NCBI RefSeq assembly: GCF_006345805.1
Contig: NC_043001.1
Coordinates: 70,990,001-71,054,000, forward strand
Reading direction: 5' to 3'
Source of the DNA: Octopus sinensis
Taxonomy: Eukaryota
Length of the DNA: 64,000 nt
Every line of letters begins with the position of its first letter. Positions within the stretch are counted from its first letter, which is position 1. The translations under genes and the position numbers were made by a program. The notes beneath the pieces were generated by a model that saw only the letters and a program-made list of their open reading frames with translations, was not told the DNA's origin and did no database searches. Below, one piece after another: positions 13,498-27,463 of this stretch.

Positions 13498-14788
13498 CGA
13501 GGGGCGTTCAATAAGTAATGCCCCTGACCCACTTCCCATAGCAGTAGAGCAACGAAACTTGGCACAGTTATTAGTCTTTTTCTACATAGGAACCACCCAT
13601 AGTTACGCATTTCTCCCATCGTTTGATGCGGCTCTGAAGACCGTTTTTGTAGAAGAACCCAGCTTGGTCCTCCAACCTCAACGTGACTTCAGAAATCAAG
13701 GCTGCATCATCTGGGAAACGCTTTCCTTTCAAAAACAGCTTCATGATTGGGAAGAGGTGAAAATCAGAGGGTGCAAGGTCAGGAAAGTAGGGGGAATGGG
13801 GAGGAGTTCATAGCCATACGCCTGTGCTTCTGATCTGGTGACAAGCGAGTTGTGGACCGGAGCGTTGTCCTGCAGGAGGAGGATGCCTTTGCTGATCTTG
13901 CCCCGCCTCTTGATTTTGATGACCTCTCTTAATTTCCTCAAAAGTGAAGCATAATAGGCTCCTGCAATTGTGGTACTCTTTGCCAGGAAATCTGTCATCA
14001 CTACTCCGTCCTGGTCCCAGAAGACTGTGAGCATGACCTTGCCAGCGGAGGGCTGCACCCTTGCCTTCTTTGGAGGGGGTGAGTCACGGTGCTTCCACTG
14101 CATTGACTGGGCTTTGGTCTCTGGATCATCGTGATGGACCCAGGTTTCATCCTGTGTAATCAGTCTTTTGAGAAATTTTGACTCATCTTCTTGGCACATC
14201 TCCAAATTCACCCTCGAGCACTCGACGCGTTCTTGCTTCTGGAAAGGCGTGAGCAACCTGGGAATCCATCTGGCAGACACCTTTTGCATATGCAAATGGT
14301 CATGAATGATAGTTTCCACAGACCCGGTACTAATCTTGACCTCATGGGCTATTTGGCGAATAATTATGCGTCGATCTTCCAAAATTGCAGCCTCAACTTG
14401 ACGGACAGATGCCTCATCAATGGCAGAAGGGAACGACCAGATCTGGGAGCTGTTTCCACAGAGTTCCGACCATGTTTGAATTCACAATGCCAGCGTTTTA
14501 CAAGGTCATATGATGGGGCATCATCACCATAAGTTACTTTCATTTCATCAAAAGTCTCCTGTGGTGTGCGTCCTTTCAAATAGAAAAACCAGATCACTGC
14601 TCGACACTCAACAGGCTCCATTTCACACTTGACTCGGTTCAAACACCTGTAAATCAGAAACCACAATTAATTCAGAGCTGTAATTTGCCACTTACTCTAT
14701 AGAGATATAAATGATTGCACATGCAAAATGTCAGCTAGACCAAACAACTGCAAGTGAGTCAGAGGCATTACTTATTGAACGTCCCTCG
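13498..14788 (-). mobile_element. Full-length mariner transposon (1291 bp), frameshifted transposase
   Basis: TIRs cgaggggcgttcaataagtaatgcc / ggcattacttattgaacgtccctcg flanked by TA; ARWIPRLL, TQDETW and LQDNAPVH motifs; two frameshifts. Confidence 0.96.
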
Positions 14789-16084
14789 TATATATGGATT
14801 CTGTCCAGCGAGAAGTTTTATATCTACCTAAAATATTTAGTAGTTTTAAGACTCACTACTTGAAATCGAAAGAAAGAACTATAATTATGGCAAAGATTTC
14901 CATACCATCTCCAGCATCACAATGCAAACAATTCACTTAAAGTAGTGAGTGGACACAGTAGTGGAGATATCTAGAGCTCTACCCTTCATATTTGAAATTT
15001 AACACAACTACCTAATGAGAGCAAGTTATAACTTACCACGTAAAACGTGACGCCAGTATCTATTTAAATGGTGTGTGTGAACATGTGTAAAGTTTAAATT
15101 TGGCAATGTACCAAATGAACCTTCTAAAACTTATTACTTTAAAAATCCATGATCATTACTTTCAGCTCCTTTTGAATCCCAAGGAAAGCTGTTTTGAAGC
15201 AAGATCAACCTCATCCTAGAACAAATTATTCATATAAAAAGGTATATGTTCTTAGATTCCGACACGTTGGATGATAGATTTTCTCTCACCCTTGTATAGG
15301 ACATTTAATCTATAACCATTAACTTTTCCAGCGGAGGGAGTTGACCTCGGTACAGGAATTTACCGCAGTACATGGTCGATTCAGCAGCGGAACTACCGGC
15401 GATTAGAGAGAGACTACATAGACCTACATGTAAGGCCTAGTTACAGCTTTCTGTTTTGGATGTTTGCGAGTTAATTGACATTCATGACACGGTGTAGATC
15501 ATAGAGAGCGCTGATTCCCGCCTGTATATCCGCTAAGCTATCCACATTATATTACGAACGGTTTTAGTGATACTACATCTAAAATTACTTTGTCACAACC
15601 TCATCTTTCTTAACAATAAATATGTGGATATAAAGTAGTAAAGAAACATACATTCAATCAATAGAAATACATCGTGGAAGAAGAGACATATATAACATAA
15701 CATACTCTATCGCAAAAGACAAAAGAGCTACGTTGAAAATACTTTTGATTCCTTTAAGTAGCCCAGTAAGTTATATAGAACATTATGAATATATATATAT
15801 ATATATATCATGCTACCATTTTTTTCTATAATTGATAAATGAATATTCTTAGTAAGTGCTGTAAACTATTTCATAAAAATAATTTAATAAATCATGTCAT
15901 AAGGTCAAAATATCTGCAGTCTTATTTCCTATAATTCATTTGCTTTTCGACTATATGTATGTATTTATGCATGCATGTATGTAAGATATATATATACATT
16001 TGTATATGCACATACATATGAAGATTTAAATGCATATCTATATGTAAGGAATTAATATGTATGTATGTATGTATATATATATGC

Positions 16085-16125
<41 letters not shown>

Positions 16126-16689
16126 TATATATTATATATATAGTATATATGTGTGCAAAAGATTCTGTGTACTTTACCACTCGTTATTATAATTTATAAT
16201 CGTTTCTTTTTGTATTTTCCCTCCCAGTATTTACTTCTTTGTCAACCAATGTCTTTTTTATTTGTTGTATTATGAGAAATATTAAAATTTGTAATCCACA
16301 AAAAGAAGAAAACAAGTTGGTGAAACACAAAAATATATTAAATTTAGTCGTTACAGTAATTTCTCGTTTACGTGTCACCATTTTGGAATGTTTTTCGACC
16401 TCTCCAAAGAAATCAATTTTACTTTTATTAACACCAAACATTTTACACATTTGCAAATATATTATTTTAATATGTTCTTGCAAGCTTTCTTATTTTCTCA
16501 TCTATATTTCTATTTTATTATATACTGTTAATCGAATTACATTTCTATTGTTATGATTACTTTTTTCACTTTTCTTTTATTGAATTAAATTTCTTACTGA
16601 AATATTATCTATTTAGTATTTGTTTGGTAATCATTATAATTTTATTGTCGTATTCTAAATCCTCTTTCTGTAATATTTTATAAAGATTT

Positions 16690-17100
16690 CCATAAACACA
16701 TTTACTGGGACTATGATTTTCAGAAGGATCGCATAATCGAACACCTTCGGCCGGATATTGTCATATTTAGTAAGAGAGACAAATACTGTCAAACCAAAGC
16801 TGTCAATATAATACTGTCATACCAATACTGATGAAGCCATACCAAAGGACATGAATGTTGTGAGTAAAGAGTTCCAAAAATCACCCAGAACTTTGAATTG
16901 AAAGTGGAAATGGCAAGACTGTATAGAATGCGAGAGGGTAATGTAAAAGTAATATCACTGGTGATCGGAATGTTGGCCCCAATCACATTGAAACTTCAAG
17001 ACTTCTTAAGGGAACTGGAAATTCCAATCATAACTAACCGTCTGGTAGAGTTACACCACACACATGCATCTCAACCATATGAGCATGACATGGTAATCTG
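16690..17100 (+). pseudogene. R2/R4-type LINE restriction-like endonuclease remnant
   Basis: IYWDYDFQKDRIIEHLRPDIVI ... VISLVIGMLA, frameshifted. Confidence 0.7.
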
Positions 17101-17299
17101 ATATAAAGTGAGCAAGAACTTGCAGGCAGGGCTCAGTTGGAATTTTTTCAGGTCGAGTCACCTGACCTGCTCAAGACGTTTAAGAATGATGACGGAAACA
17201 CTCATATTTGCAGCGGCGAATTATTCAAACGACCCCTGTACTAAATTCCTGTCGATACATGGCTATGAGCTCCCCCACTATTTCAGCTTATGATGAGAG

Positions 17300-18767
17300 A
17301 TGCACATATCATCAGCAACTAAGGAATATACTCAACTTGTTATGGTCAAGCAAGTGACGAACAAATCTTAGGTATTGAGCAGAATATTAGCTATCCAAGT
17401 TTTGTAGCTTGGTCATTGTCCATTTCAGCAATGAAGCAGAGGATCTCAATATAAACATAACCCAAGTATTTATGGCTTTGTACTCTTTTGTGATATTCTC
17501 TCTCGTTACTCCTTTCATTATCTTATAGTCTTGCAACAGTCATAGATATTTGTACCCCACATTATACCACAGCGGCCACTCTTCAAATTAGTACTGCACA
17601 TTTATGTACTGAGTACTCCCAATGTTTGAATCAGTCTAGACTTCATAGAACATTCATATCCGCTGCAAACTGGGCGCATTGGAGGAAATCTTTCGAACAT
17701 TTTGTGTATTTTAGGAAGACCATAAAATAGAGATGTTCTTCTGTCAGACCGTAAAATCCCTGATTCGGCCTTAATGAATTTGTTTTCCTCCATTTCCAGA
17801 ATTATTTTATCAAGTTCCTCTCTGTAATTGTTGTCTGGATCGGATCGGCAGGTAATTCTTCATATGAAGTTTTGTCATTTAAAAATTCTCACACAAGCCG
17901 AAATATACTAACTTTTGCCCATAACTACGATAGTACCTCCCTTATCCACCATTTTAATAACAATAGAATCGTTATTATCTTGACGGAGTCCGTAACGTTG
18001 GGATTTAGTTAGGTTATTCCAGGACTTCTTTCCACTTATTTTAAAGCTTTCTGTAATGCCTGCCTGACAATTCCTGTAATGGATTGTGAACGTCCATCCC
18101 GAACGTTATCTGGATACCAATTGGGACTCTTTTCAAACCAGTTATGCCAGATTCGATCATCATTTTTTTATATTCATTAAGCTGAGGGTTTTCTGACAAC
18201 TGGTTACCAGTTTTTTCCAAAAAAATATTCCTTGGGCTAGTTCATTCTTGTCAAAATTCATAGTGCTTGGGCAGAAACTCAGTCCAAGCTCCAAGACTGA
18301 GACACGGTCGAGCGAAAGTTTTATTTTAGATAAATCTATGACCGAATAATTCTCTAGTGCGATGGACTTTCTCGGGCAAGTGGTATTAAGAGTAATACTC
18401 TTATTAGATTCCTGACTACATTTTGGGCTTTGCTCGAAATCTTCACTTCAAACACGGAACCTATTGGGTGATAACATTTATTCTGAATGTTCATGTCAGA
18501 AGTTATAATTTTTACTCATCTTCCTGAGGGTAATATATTTCTGGGTGTGTGATAGAAAGTGAGTGACTTCTGTGGTTTTTGTAATTTTAAAGAAATTTAT
18601 TGTTTTCGAGGCAAAATATTAAATGCGCTCGCATTTTTGACTGATCAAATAAAAACTTCTCTGGAACGTTTCCAATGACCAGTTCAAATGTATACGCCAG
18701 GGTAAAAAAGTTACAATCATATGCCCCAACTTGGGGATTAGTTATATGAACTTCCCTGCATCAGGGC

Positions 18768-18770
<3 letters not shown>
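17300..18770 (-). mobile_element. Penelope-like element remnant (N-terminal region, start of RT, joined to GIY-YIG remnant)
   Basis: VLELGLSFCP, IVIKMVDKGGTIVVM and FYGLPKIHK..PPMRPVCS; frameshifted CG..YVGQT motif near 17560. Confidence 0.8.
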
Positions 18771-19390
<620 letters not shown>

Positions 19391-20229
19391 TTTTAATGGA
19401 GGGAGCGAGCTAATGTGATACATTTGATGACTATAAACAAATCATTTGTACAGGTCTTTCATGAAAAAATGGACACTCATCTACGACGAGAGATACCATC
19501 ATTATTAATATTATCACCGTCATTATCATTATCATTGTTGTTGTTGTCGTTGTCGTTGTTCACTGGAAACGACGTAAACCTTACTTACATTTCACTCTCG
19601 AAGATAATGGTTTTAGTTGATGAAATAATTTTTACGCAATTTACTTTTATAAATATACCTTCATAAAGATTCTCGTCTTCCCCTACAGACATAAAAATTA
19701 AGATTTGGGTTTTATTTTGGTTCAACTTCAGTTCTTTCTTTTATATCGCCAACATACAAAAATGGCTCTCAATAATTCATGGTGCATTCACTAAAAAATA
19801 CAACAAGTAAAATAAATGGAATATTTCACTGACAGACAAGAAACTAGAAAAAACACTGCTTTCACTGCGGCAGAACATATTGATAGTAACCGTGCAATAA
19901 AAATAAACATGAACATTTTAACATCTTGGCAGCAATAACGACAGTGTATATACGCATAATACGATAACTATAAGCGTAAGAAAAGAATGATCTCCTAGAA
20001 TATGATCTTTGCAAGAAAAGAAACAAATGAGTTTGATACAGAATATTTTGCTGAAAGAACGAAAGTTTTATTTGAGGTTCTCGGAAGGTAAAATTACCTC
20101 TCACCTTACCAAAGACACAAAGGTTTTCCTTGATCGGTTGGAGCAAGATATGTAGAGATTGACATAAGAGGAATTGGTAATTGGTGGTCCTGTCCATGGG
20201 CTTGATTAGCGGCGGTGTTGTTGGTGCAG

Positions 20230-21230
20230 GAGGTGCAGAATAGGAACTGGAACTAAGGCAGTATATCCGGGTTGTTGGCAGTGACAGGCCTGAAATTTGC
20301 CAGGAGGGCATAACCTGTGGTGACAGCAAAAAATTAACTCATATTTCATTTTGACGGATGCTGCGGGTTGTTGGAAGATATAATGTTCTTCGTAGATGCA
20401 GAGCTGGCAATTGGGGGCACCGAGTAAATATGATGGCGTTCTGTTGACCATAGTCCACTTGATGCTGGCTGCTTTGTCTCGGAAGTCACGGAGTCTCTAC
20501 AGAAAACGGGACAGAGAAGTAGAGTTCTCTCTGTCTCTGGATCTGAACGAGTGCATATACTTGAAGTTATTAGCTGTCATATCCGTATAGTGCCTAGTAA
20601 TGTCATAGCATGGTGTAAGAGTGGCTCTGTATACTACGGCCTTTGAGAAGCAGGGTCCTTCTAGAGGGTACATGGTGTGGTTTCAGAAGTTACAGGTTGT
20701 GTTAGGAGTGTTTCGGGTGCAATTTTATATTTGTTGATACGTGCGATGTTAGAACGATGTTGTGTATGGAGGAGTAGCTCACCATGTCATTATGGGGGTT
20801 GAAGAATTTGTAATACTGGTGCCTCTGTGGAAGTGTTTTGTAATTAACGACCGGAAGCCGCTAGCAGACGTTGCTGGAAAGTTCTAGGTTGAAAGGGGGA
20901 TTATACTATACAAGTTCCCTTTTACTATTCCTTTTGGGGTGCAGAGAGGGTGTTTGTCCACATACTTGGCTTCTCAATAAACCCGCTCCTATCCAAAACA
21001 TCCTTGTAGTGGGGGACGGCCCTGTTAAAGATCTGTCTATTGGCCAAGAGATTAGATAGTCGTTTACTAATACCTGAAATCAGATTGTTTGAGCTCTTGT
21101 GAATGTATACTGTTTCCTCGTTAGGTTTCCTGCACATGTAATACTTGCCCGTATTCATGTCTAACTTTACATCAAAGACCTTGGCCGTAGTCAAGTTTGT
21201 GGCAACAATAATGGACAGGCCAAACACGTT
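20230..21230 (-). mobile_element. Penelope-like element remnant, Neptune-type (RT C-terminus, Cys linker, C-terminal GIY-YIG endonuclease)
   Basis: RKPNEETVYIHKSSN...FNRAVPHYKDVLDRSGF; CPLEGPCFSKAVVYRA; NCQLCIYEEHYI...ELIFCCHH. Confidence 0.82.
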
Positions 21231-21539
21231 ATATTATTTTTATCAAGTCCGTTCTGAACATGTCCATGGTATGGCCGTTCATATGGTTTGTGATAGCCAG
21301 GCCATCGTCCCTATGGATATGCATGCGCATATACATATGTATATAGAAATGAATATGATTGTCTGTTTGTGTGCGGGCGCACATGTGTATGCATGTGTGT
21401 ATACGCGTGTGTATGGATGTGCACACATGTGTGTGTGCGCGCGTGCATGTTCAATCATATGTGTGGGAGGCGGGAGCATGGCGCCTATATACGAATGAGC
21501 ACGTTCGCATCAATACAGACATGCACGCAAAACCATATG

Positions 21540-21840
21540 AGCGCCTCTACACATAAACATATACAACTATATACTTCCATCTACCGCCCCTTCCCACTTT
21601 CCCTCCAAATATCCGACCGATTTCCTGTCCAAAATGCGGTCGATTTCCTTTTCACCATACGATATTTTCCAACTGTTACCAGTATACTAACATCAAACCA
21701 CGGCAGCGCGTGTCCTTCATCGCCTAAACGCAACCCACCTTACAATAATAACAATGAGCATCTGTCATTCAAAGTCAAAATGGCTGAAGACTAACATCAC
21801 GCTTGAAACTCAAAAGTACCAACGAATTCGAATAAATCTG
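21540..21840 (+). mobile_element. Putative PLE terminal repeat (pLTR) with decayed hammerhead, inverted relative to the adjacent PLE ORF
   Basis: tgg-CTGAAGA...t-GAAA-ctcaaaag-TA-cca at 21781-21821. Confidence 0.4.
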
Positions 21841-21911
21841 TTTTGATCCTTGTGCGTGTGTTTTTTTGTGTGTGTGTGTGTGTGTGCGTTCTTGTATCTG
21901 TGTTTGGCCCC

Positions 21912-22088
21912 TGATCACCACTTGACAACCGGTGTCGGTATGTTTACGTCCCCGTAATCTAGGGGTTCAGCGAATGTGACCGATAGAATATGAACCGCGC
22001 TTACAAAATAAGCCCTGGTGTCGACTTGTTTGAATAAAACCCCTGAACGTGATGCTCCAGCATGGCGGCAGTAAAAGAATAAAAGAAT
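21912..22088 (+). mobile_element. SINE 3' portion with (aagaata)n-like tail
   Basis: Homologous to 46865-47050 and to 39765-39870 (inverted). Confidence 0.7.
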
Positions 22089-22556
22089 AACATACACAAG
22101 ACATTTTAAGCTGCAATTCGAAAGTCAGGTGGAATCACATTTACACAACATACAAAGGAATGATTACTATTGCAACTCTAGATAGACGTGAAGAAGTTAT
22201 ATATATTTCAGCGATTCAGAGAACAAGGGTCCACGCTTATCAACTATATGCCAAGATGAATTTAGAATCATCTTTCATAAGTAATACATGAAAGAAACAT
22301 GGATGATAATTCAATCACACGAGGCAACCTGATCAGTGCAAGTGGGCGATTTAATTTTATATCAATAGCTTTCATTTGTTCTGCCTATTTACTTTTTAAG
22401 CTAAAATAACCATGGGTCATTTACGGCTTAATTGATTGTCTGTCAATTCACATTTGATTTCCAACTTGATTGATCGCTTATAAAAACGTGTTACATTGAT
22501 ACAAGTGTATGTATATGTACTGATGTGTTTGTAAGTATATATGTATGCATGCAAGC

Positions 22557-22589
<33 letters not shown>

Positions 22590-23061
22590 TGTATGTATGT
22601 ATGTATGTATGTATGTATGTAGGTATGTGTGTATGTATGCTTGCATGTATGTATGTATGTTTGCATGTATGTTTACGTGTCTATTTCTATCATCAACACG
22701 AACATAATCACCCACAACAACGGTAACTTATATGAAGAAGATAAGCAAATCCACTTCAAATAGAAAATGCATTTTATGGTATCCTAGTGTATTTTAAAAG
22801 CTGAATGAAATGTCTTTCATCTTAGGTCTGTGAAGATTGACTTCAAAATACACAGCCACGACAATACAATTAGCAATAGCAGTATGAATGACCACTACAA
22901 CACCAACAATATCCACCTTCCATCACTAAACATCTAAGCCAATAAAACCCACATGACCACTCTACATCTACCCACTTTGAATCTGACAGGCTACAACAGC
23001 TATATCAGGATGTACACCAAACCAACACATATGTGTGCATGAGTATGTGTGTATTTGTGTG

Positions 23062-23119
<58 letters not shown>

Positions 23120-23739
23120 TTTGCCTTTGTGTGTATGTGAATTTATGTCTAAAGTCAGAAGTACAAGGGTCGAATCCTCTATAAAATCTGGTGAACCTTT
23201 GACTTAAATCATTTAGTTGTTTTTCTTGCTCAGTCATTCACATTTTCATTTCAAGAGAATTGTCCGCGCTCACATATCAGATCTTTCCTTGGCTATTATT
23301 TTTTGCCAAAGTAATCATCGCTACTCTTCGATTGGCTTTCAATCGAAATGTCAAGAATGAAGCTATAAAGTAGACCTGAAGGCACTAGTGCGAAAAGGAA
23401 CCGTACAGGTTTTATTGTGGATATTAAATTTGATGTTTGAAAATGACTTGACGCGGGGCAAGACTAAGTTGTACTGCCAACGCATTAAACCATGCAACGT
23501 CTAGAGTGGGAACAATACGTGACAACAGAGAGAAATTTATGTCAAGTGCTCAAGAAGCTACTCCGCTAACTGTCCCGACCTATCTTTCCATAGATATAAA
23601 TGTGTAATATGCAATATTCTGCGTGTATAGATGGGGGATCAGCATCGGTGTAATGCGGGGATAAACATGAAGGTAACCCCAAAAAGAGTCAAAAGTTTAT
23701 ATAATAATCTGCAGGAAACAGAATGTAGAACTTCTAATA

Positions 23740-24960
23740 AAAAAGCCATTTTTGGTCAGTAAAGATTGGTTTAAAAGATTTAAGAAGCGCATCGATTTGC
23801 ACACCATAATAATTAGTGAAACCGAAATACAGAAGCTGTTATAATTATCCGGATCAGCAGCAGAAAACGATTGCTGAAGAGGGCTATACACAGAACAAAT
23901 ATACAATGTTGATGAAAGGGCATTTTTCTAGAGGCGCCTTCCTGCTAGAACATATATTTCTCGAGAAGAAAACTCAATACCAGGATGTAAAGCTTCCCAA
24001 AATCGTTTGACATTTCTTTGGGGAGGAAATACCGTTGGAGATATGAAATTAAAGTTTAATGTATCTCCGATTCGACGTTCAAATATGAATGTACGGATGG
24101 ACGTTTCTTTTTATTCTATCGTAGAAAATTACAGCGCAAAACAATATTTCCAACAAATAATTGCTTCTTTTAGAAAGCACACATTGCCACACAACGAACT
24201 TACATGGTCTTTCTAATAACGTGAGAGTAGAATATAACCCCAAGAAAACAATTTCTTTCCTCCAACCAATGGATCAATATGGGATAACTAACTTCAAGAT
24301 ATATAGTATAAGAACTTTCAAACAATTTACAAAAGCAATTGACAGACGATAAATCTAGTTAGAGATTTCTGGAAGAAATCAGACATAATGAACACTGTGT
24401 AAAATATAAATGAGTCATGGGATGAAGTGAAATCTTCAACTTTGAATCATGCTGGGCAAAGTATGCGACCAGACTGAATCCGTGACGTTGCAAGTTTTTC
24501 TCAAGCAGAAATTCTACATCCTATTCAATAAGATGCTGTTACACTTGCAAATTATGTAGGATTTGAGGAAGTCATAGAGGAATATGTGATTGAGTTGCTA
24601 GTGTCCCAAAAAGAAAATTTATCGAACGCGAAACTGATGTCGTTAGAAAAAGATCAAGCTGAAAATACAGATGAGACAACAAAAGTTCCACCTACACTAT
24701 TTAAATTGATTTCAAAAATCACTACTAAGGGGTTGAGATTTATAGGGAAAGATCTGCAAGTTTTGCTGGAATTGATCGTAAACGTGAATGTAACGTAAAA
24801 ATTACAAGCGTAATTTTCAATGAGCTCAGTTCCTATACTGAGCTGTACAAATAGATGTCGCATCATAAACAACAAACAACTTTGGACAAGTTCTTCACCC
24901 CTCAAGCTGGTATTCATATGAATGAAGGATAGTAAATATTGTCCTGGTGAGACTCGTTCC
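23740..24960 (+). pseudogene. pogo/Tigger-like (DDE_1) transposase remnant
   Basis: Frameshifted GWFKRFKKR, QIYNVDE..F..R.P.RTYIS.EE.SIPG.KAS..RLT.L.GGN..GD.KLK and FLQPMDQ motifs. Confidence 0.78.
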
Positions 24961-26478
24961 ACTACCACACCTCACTACGAGTTTTATTAATTCGCTAACG
25001 TATACTTCATGATATGTTTTTATGTTTTTATGTAACTATATTGTATGTCTACCATAGAAATAGTTATTCTCATCTATAAAGGTGATCATGTTGCTTGTTT
25101 CCCGTTGGTCTCTTTGCTCCATTTTTTCTTGAAAAAGTCCGTAGGAGCGCAATCTCAATAATGTGAAAATTCAATTAAAAAATTTATTTCACATAACGAA
25201 ATTTTGCGTCATGGCCAGATCTTCAGAAGCACAGTACTTCCGTAAAGCGAGAGGTTACTGTATTTAGTTTTCAAGATAATTGAATTTTTAATGCCTGATG
25301 TATTTATAGAAATTCGGCACAATGCATTGAGTCCTTCAGTGACAGGTTTTCATATTTAATAAAATTATTTAGTGACTTGGCAGAATTGTTAGAGATCCGA
25401 AAGAAAAGTATTTTGCGGTATTTGCTCCAACTCTTTACATTCTGAGTTCGAATATTGACGGAGTTAATTTTGCTTTTTAATCATTGAAAATCAATAAAGC
25501 ATAGTAACAGTCAAATATTTAAGTGGATGGTATTGAGTAAGCTCCGCTTCCCTTTTTATTTATTTATTTGGGGCGGGGGCATACACCTAAATCATACTCA
25601 ATTATTGTTTAGCTGATGAGACTGATGGATTTCCTGACACATTAAAGTGTAAGAAAAATTGCCTAGCATTTGTTTTGCCCGACACATTACGTCTCCATTT
25701 CAAATTCTGCCGGGAACAAATTTCCATTTAATCTTGAGGGGGTTGATAAAATTAAATACCGGTAATGTAGTGAGGTTGATATAATCTTCTATATCTCCCA
25801 CGCCACATTTCTGACCATGCGGTACATAGTAGCACTAGAGATAACTGCCTAGAGATCATGGACTCATAGGGCTGTTTTGTTTGCGAATAAGTGACTGAGG
25901 CTATGTGTATGCATATATATGTAACTCCTGTCCGTTTCAAGTTTACTCATTTAGACATGAGTGGACTGGATTAAAGTGAAATAAAGTACACAAAGCTCCA
26001 GAAGTACACAATGCACCGCCAGGTTCAGGAATCAAAATCATGACTTTGCACTCGTGAGAGCAACACCTCTAATTACAAGGCCATGTGCATTCACCATGCG
26101 TCTACGTAAGGAATAAGTATTTGGTTATATAAACCGCAGTGGATATTATTTCGCTACTTTTAAGCAGAGAACCTACCGACAGGAATACCTTGTTTTCTGA
26201 CATACACAATGTAAAATATATCGAAATATAATGAAGAAGGTGACTTTCAGTTAATTCCCGAAAGGTATCAAAGGATATTTGTGGACAGTACATAATGATT
26301 CAGTTATACCCCGTTAAAATAAGAGATAGTTCTAACTACCGAAAATAAAAGAGCATATAATTGGTTAGATGCAAACATTAAATCAATAAAGCAATTCGTG
26401 AAGGGCGAGCCCCGCAGTAACACACACACACACACATACATACATACATACATACATACATACATACATACATGCATG

Positions 26479-26594
<116 letters not shown>

Positions 26595-26699
26595 TATATA
26601 TATACATATATATGCGTGTGTGCATGCGTCTACGTAAGCATAATTGTGTGTGTGTGTGTGTGTGAATCCAAAGCAAACCGGAATTTTGCAATATTATTT

Positions 26700-27230
26700 T
26701 ATTTACTTAGCTTTACATGTTTACACTTTTATCGCTTTCAAAATATTCTCCGTTTGATTCAATGCATCAGTCCAAGGGCGCTTTCAGCTATTCGAAACAG
26801 TGCTGGAAATCTTTCGAAGTGATTCCTTTCAACGCTTCCGTCTTTTCTTTTCTACACCGCTTCCACATCTGCAAAACAGTAGGACCAACTTTCGTTACCA
26901 GTGATGACCTTCAAAAGATATTCGCATCAATTTCCATCTGTCCTTTGAATTCACGACAAGCAGTCAGTCATTACTGCTTTTGATCTTCTGTGAGCAAACG
27001 TGGCGCAAATTGTGCTGCAAATCATCTCATTCATAATTTGTCGCTCAGAATTTGTCAGCAGGAACTCCAGGACACGTGAGTTATATCAACATTTTCATCA
27101 ATTGTTCGGTGACAGTCCTTCCAGATCAACTCATGAATTTTCATGTATACATTCGTTCGGGAGGTTGACGGCCGCAAAAATCGAAGAAACGGCGAGAAGC
27201 ACTGCAAAACAAAGATGCATCACATGGTAG
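26700..27230 (-). pseudogene. Mariner transposase remnant
   Basis: ILSDKL...AAQFAPRLLTEDQKQ (WVPRLL-like) and following TGDE-like segment. Confidence 0.65.
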
Positions 27231-27431
27231 TACGACTCCATGCAAGGACGCCTGTCGGCAGACTGATATCTGGAGTCCGGATGAAGTGGCTTCTAGCGAC
27301 GGAAACTTGAATTACAGAAGTTTGGTTCCACAGGGAACATTTCATATATGTATAAGTGTATATATATATATTCACATGTTTATATTTATATATATAATGA
27401 ATATGTATACATATACATGTATCTATATGTC

Positions 27432-27463
<32 letters not shown>

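Noticed and set aside
17270-17340. Minus-strand CTGATGA...GAAA near the PLE end
   Set aside because: Stem II is not adjacent to GAAA, and stems I and III cannot be formed.
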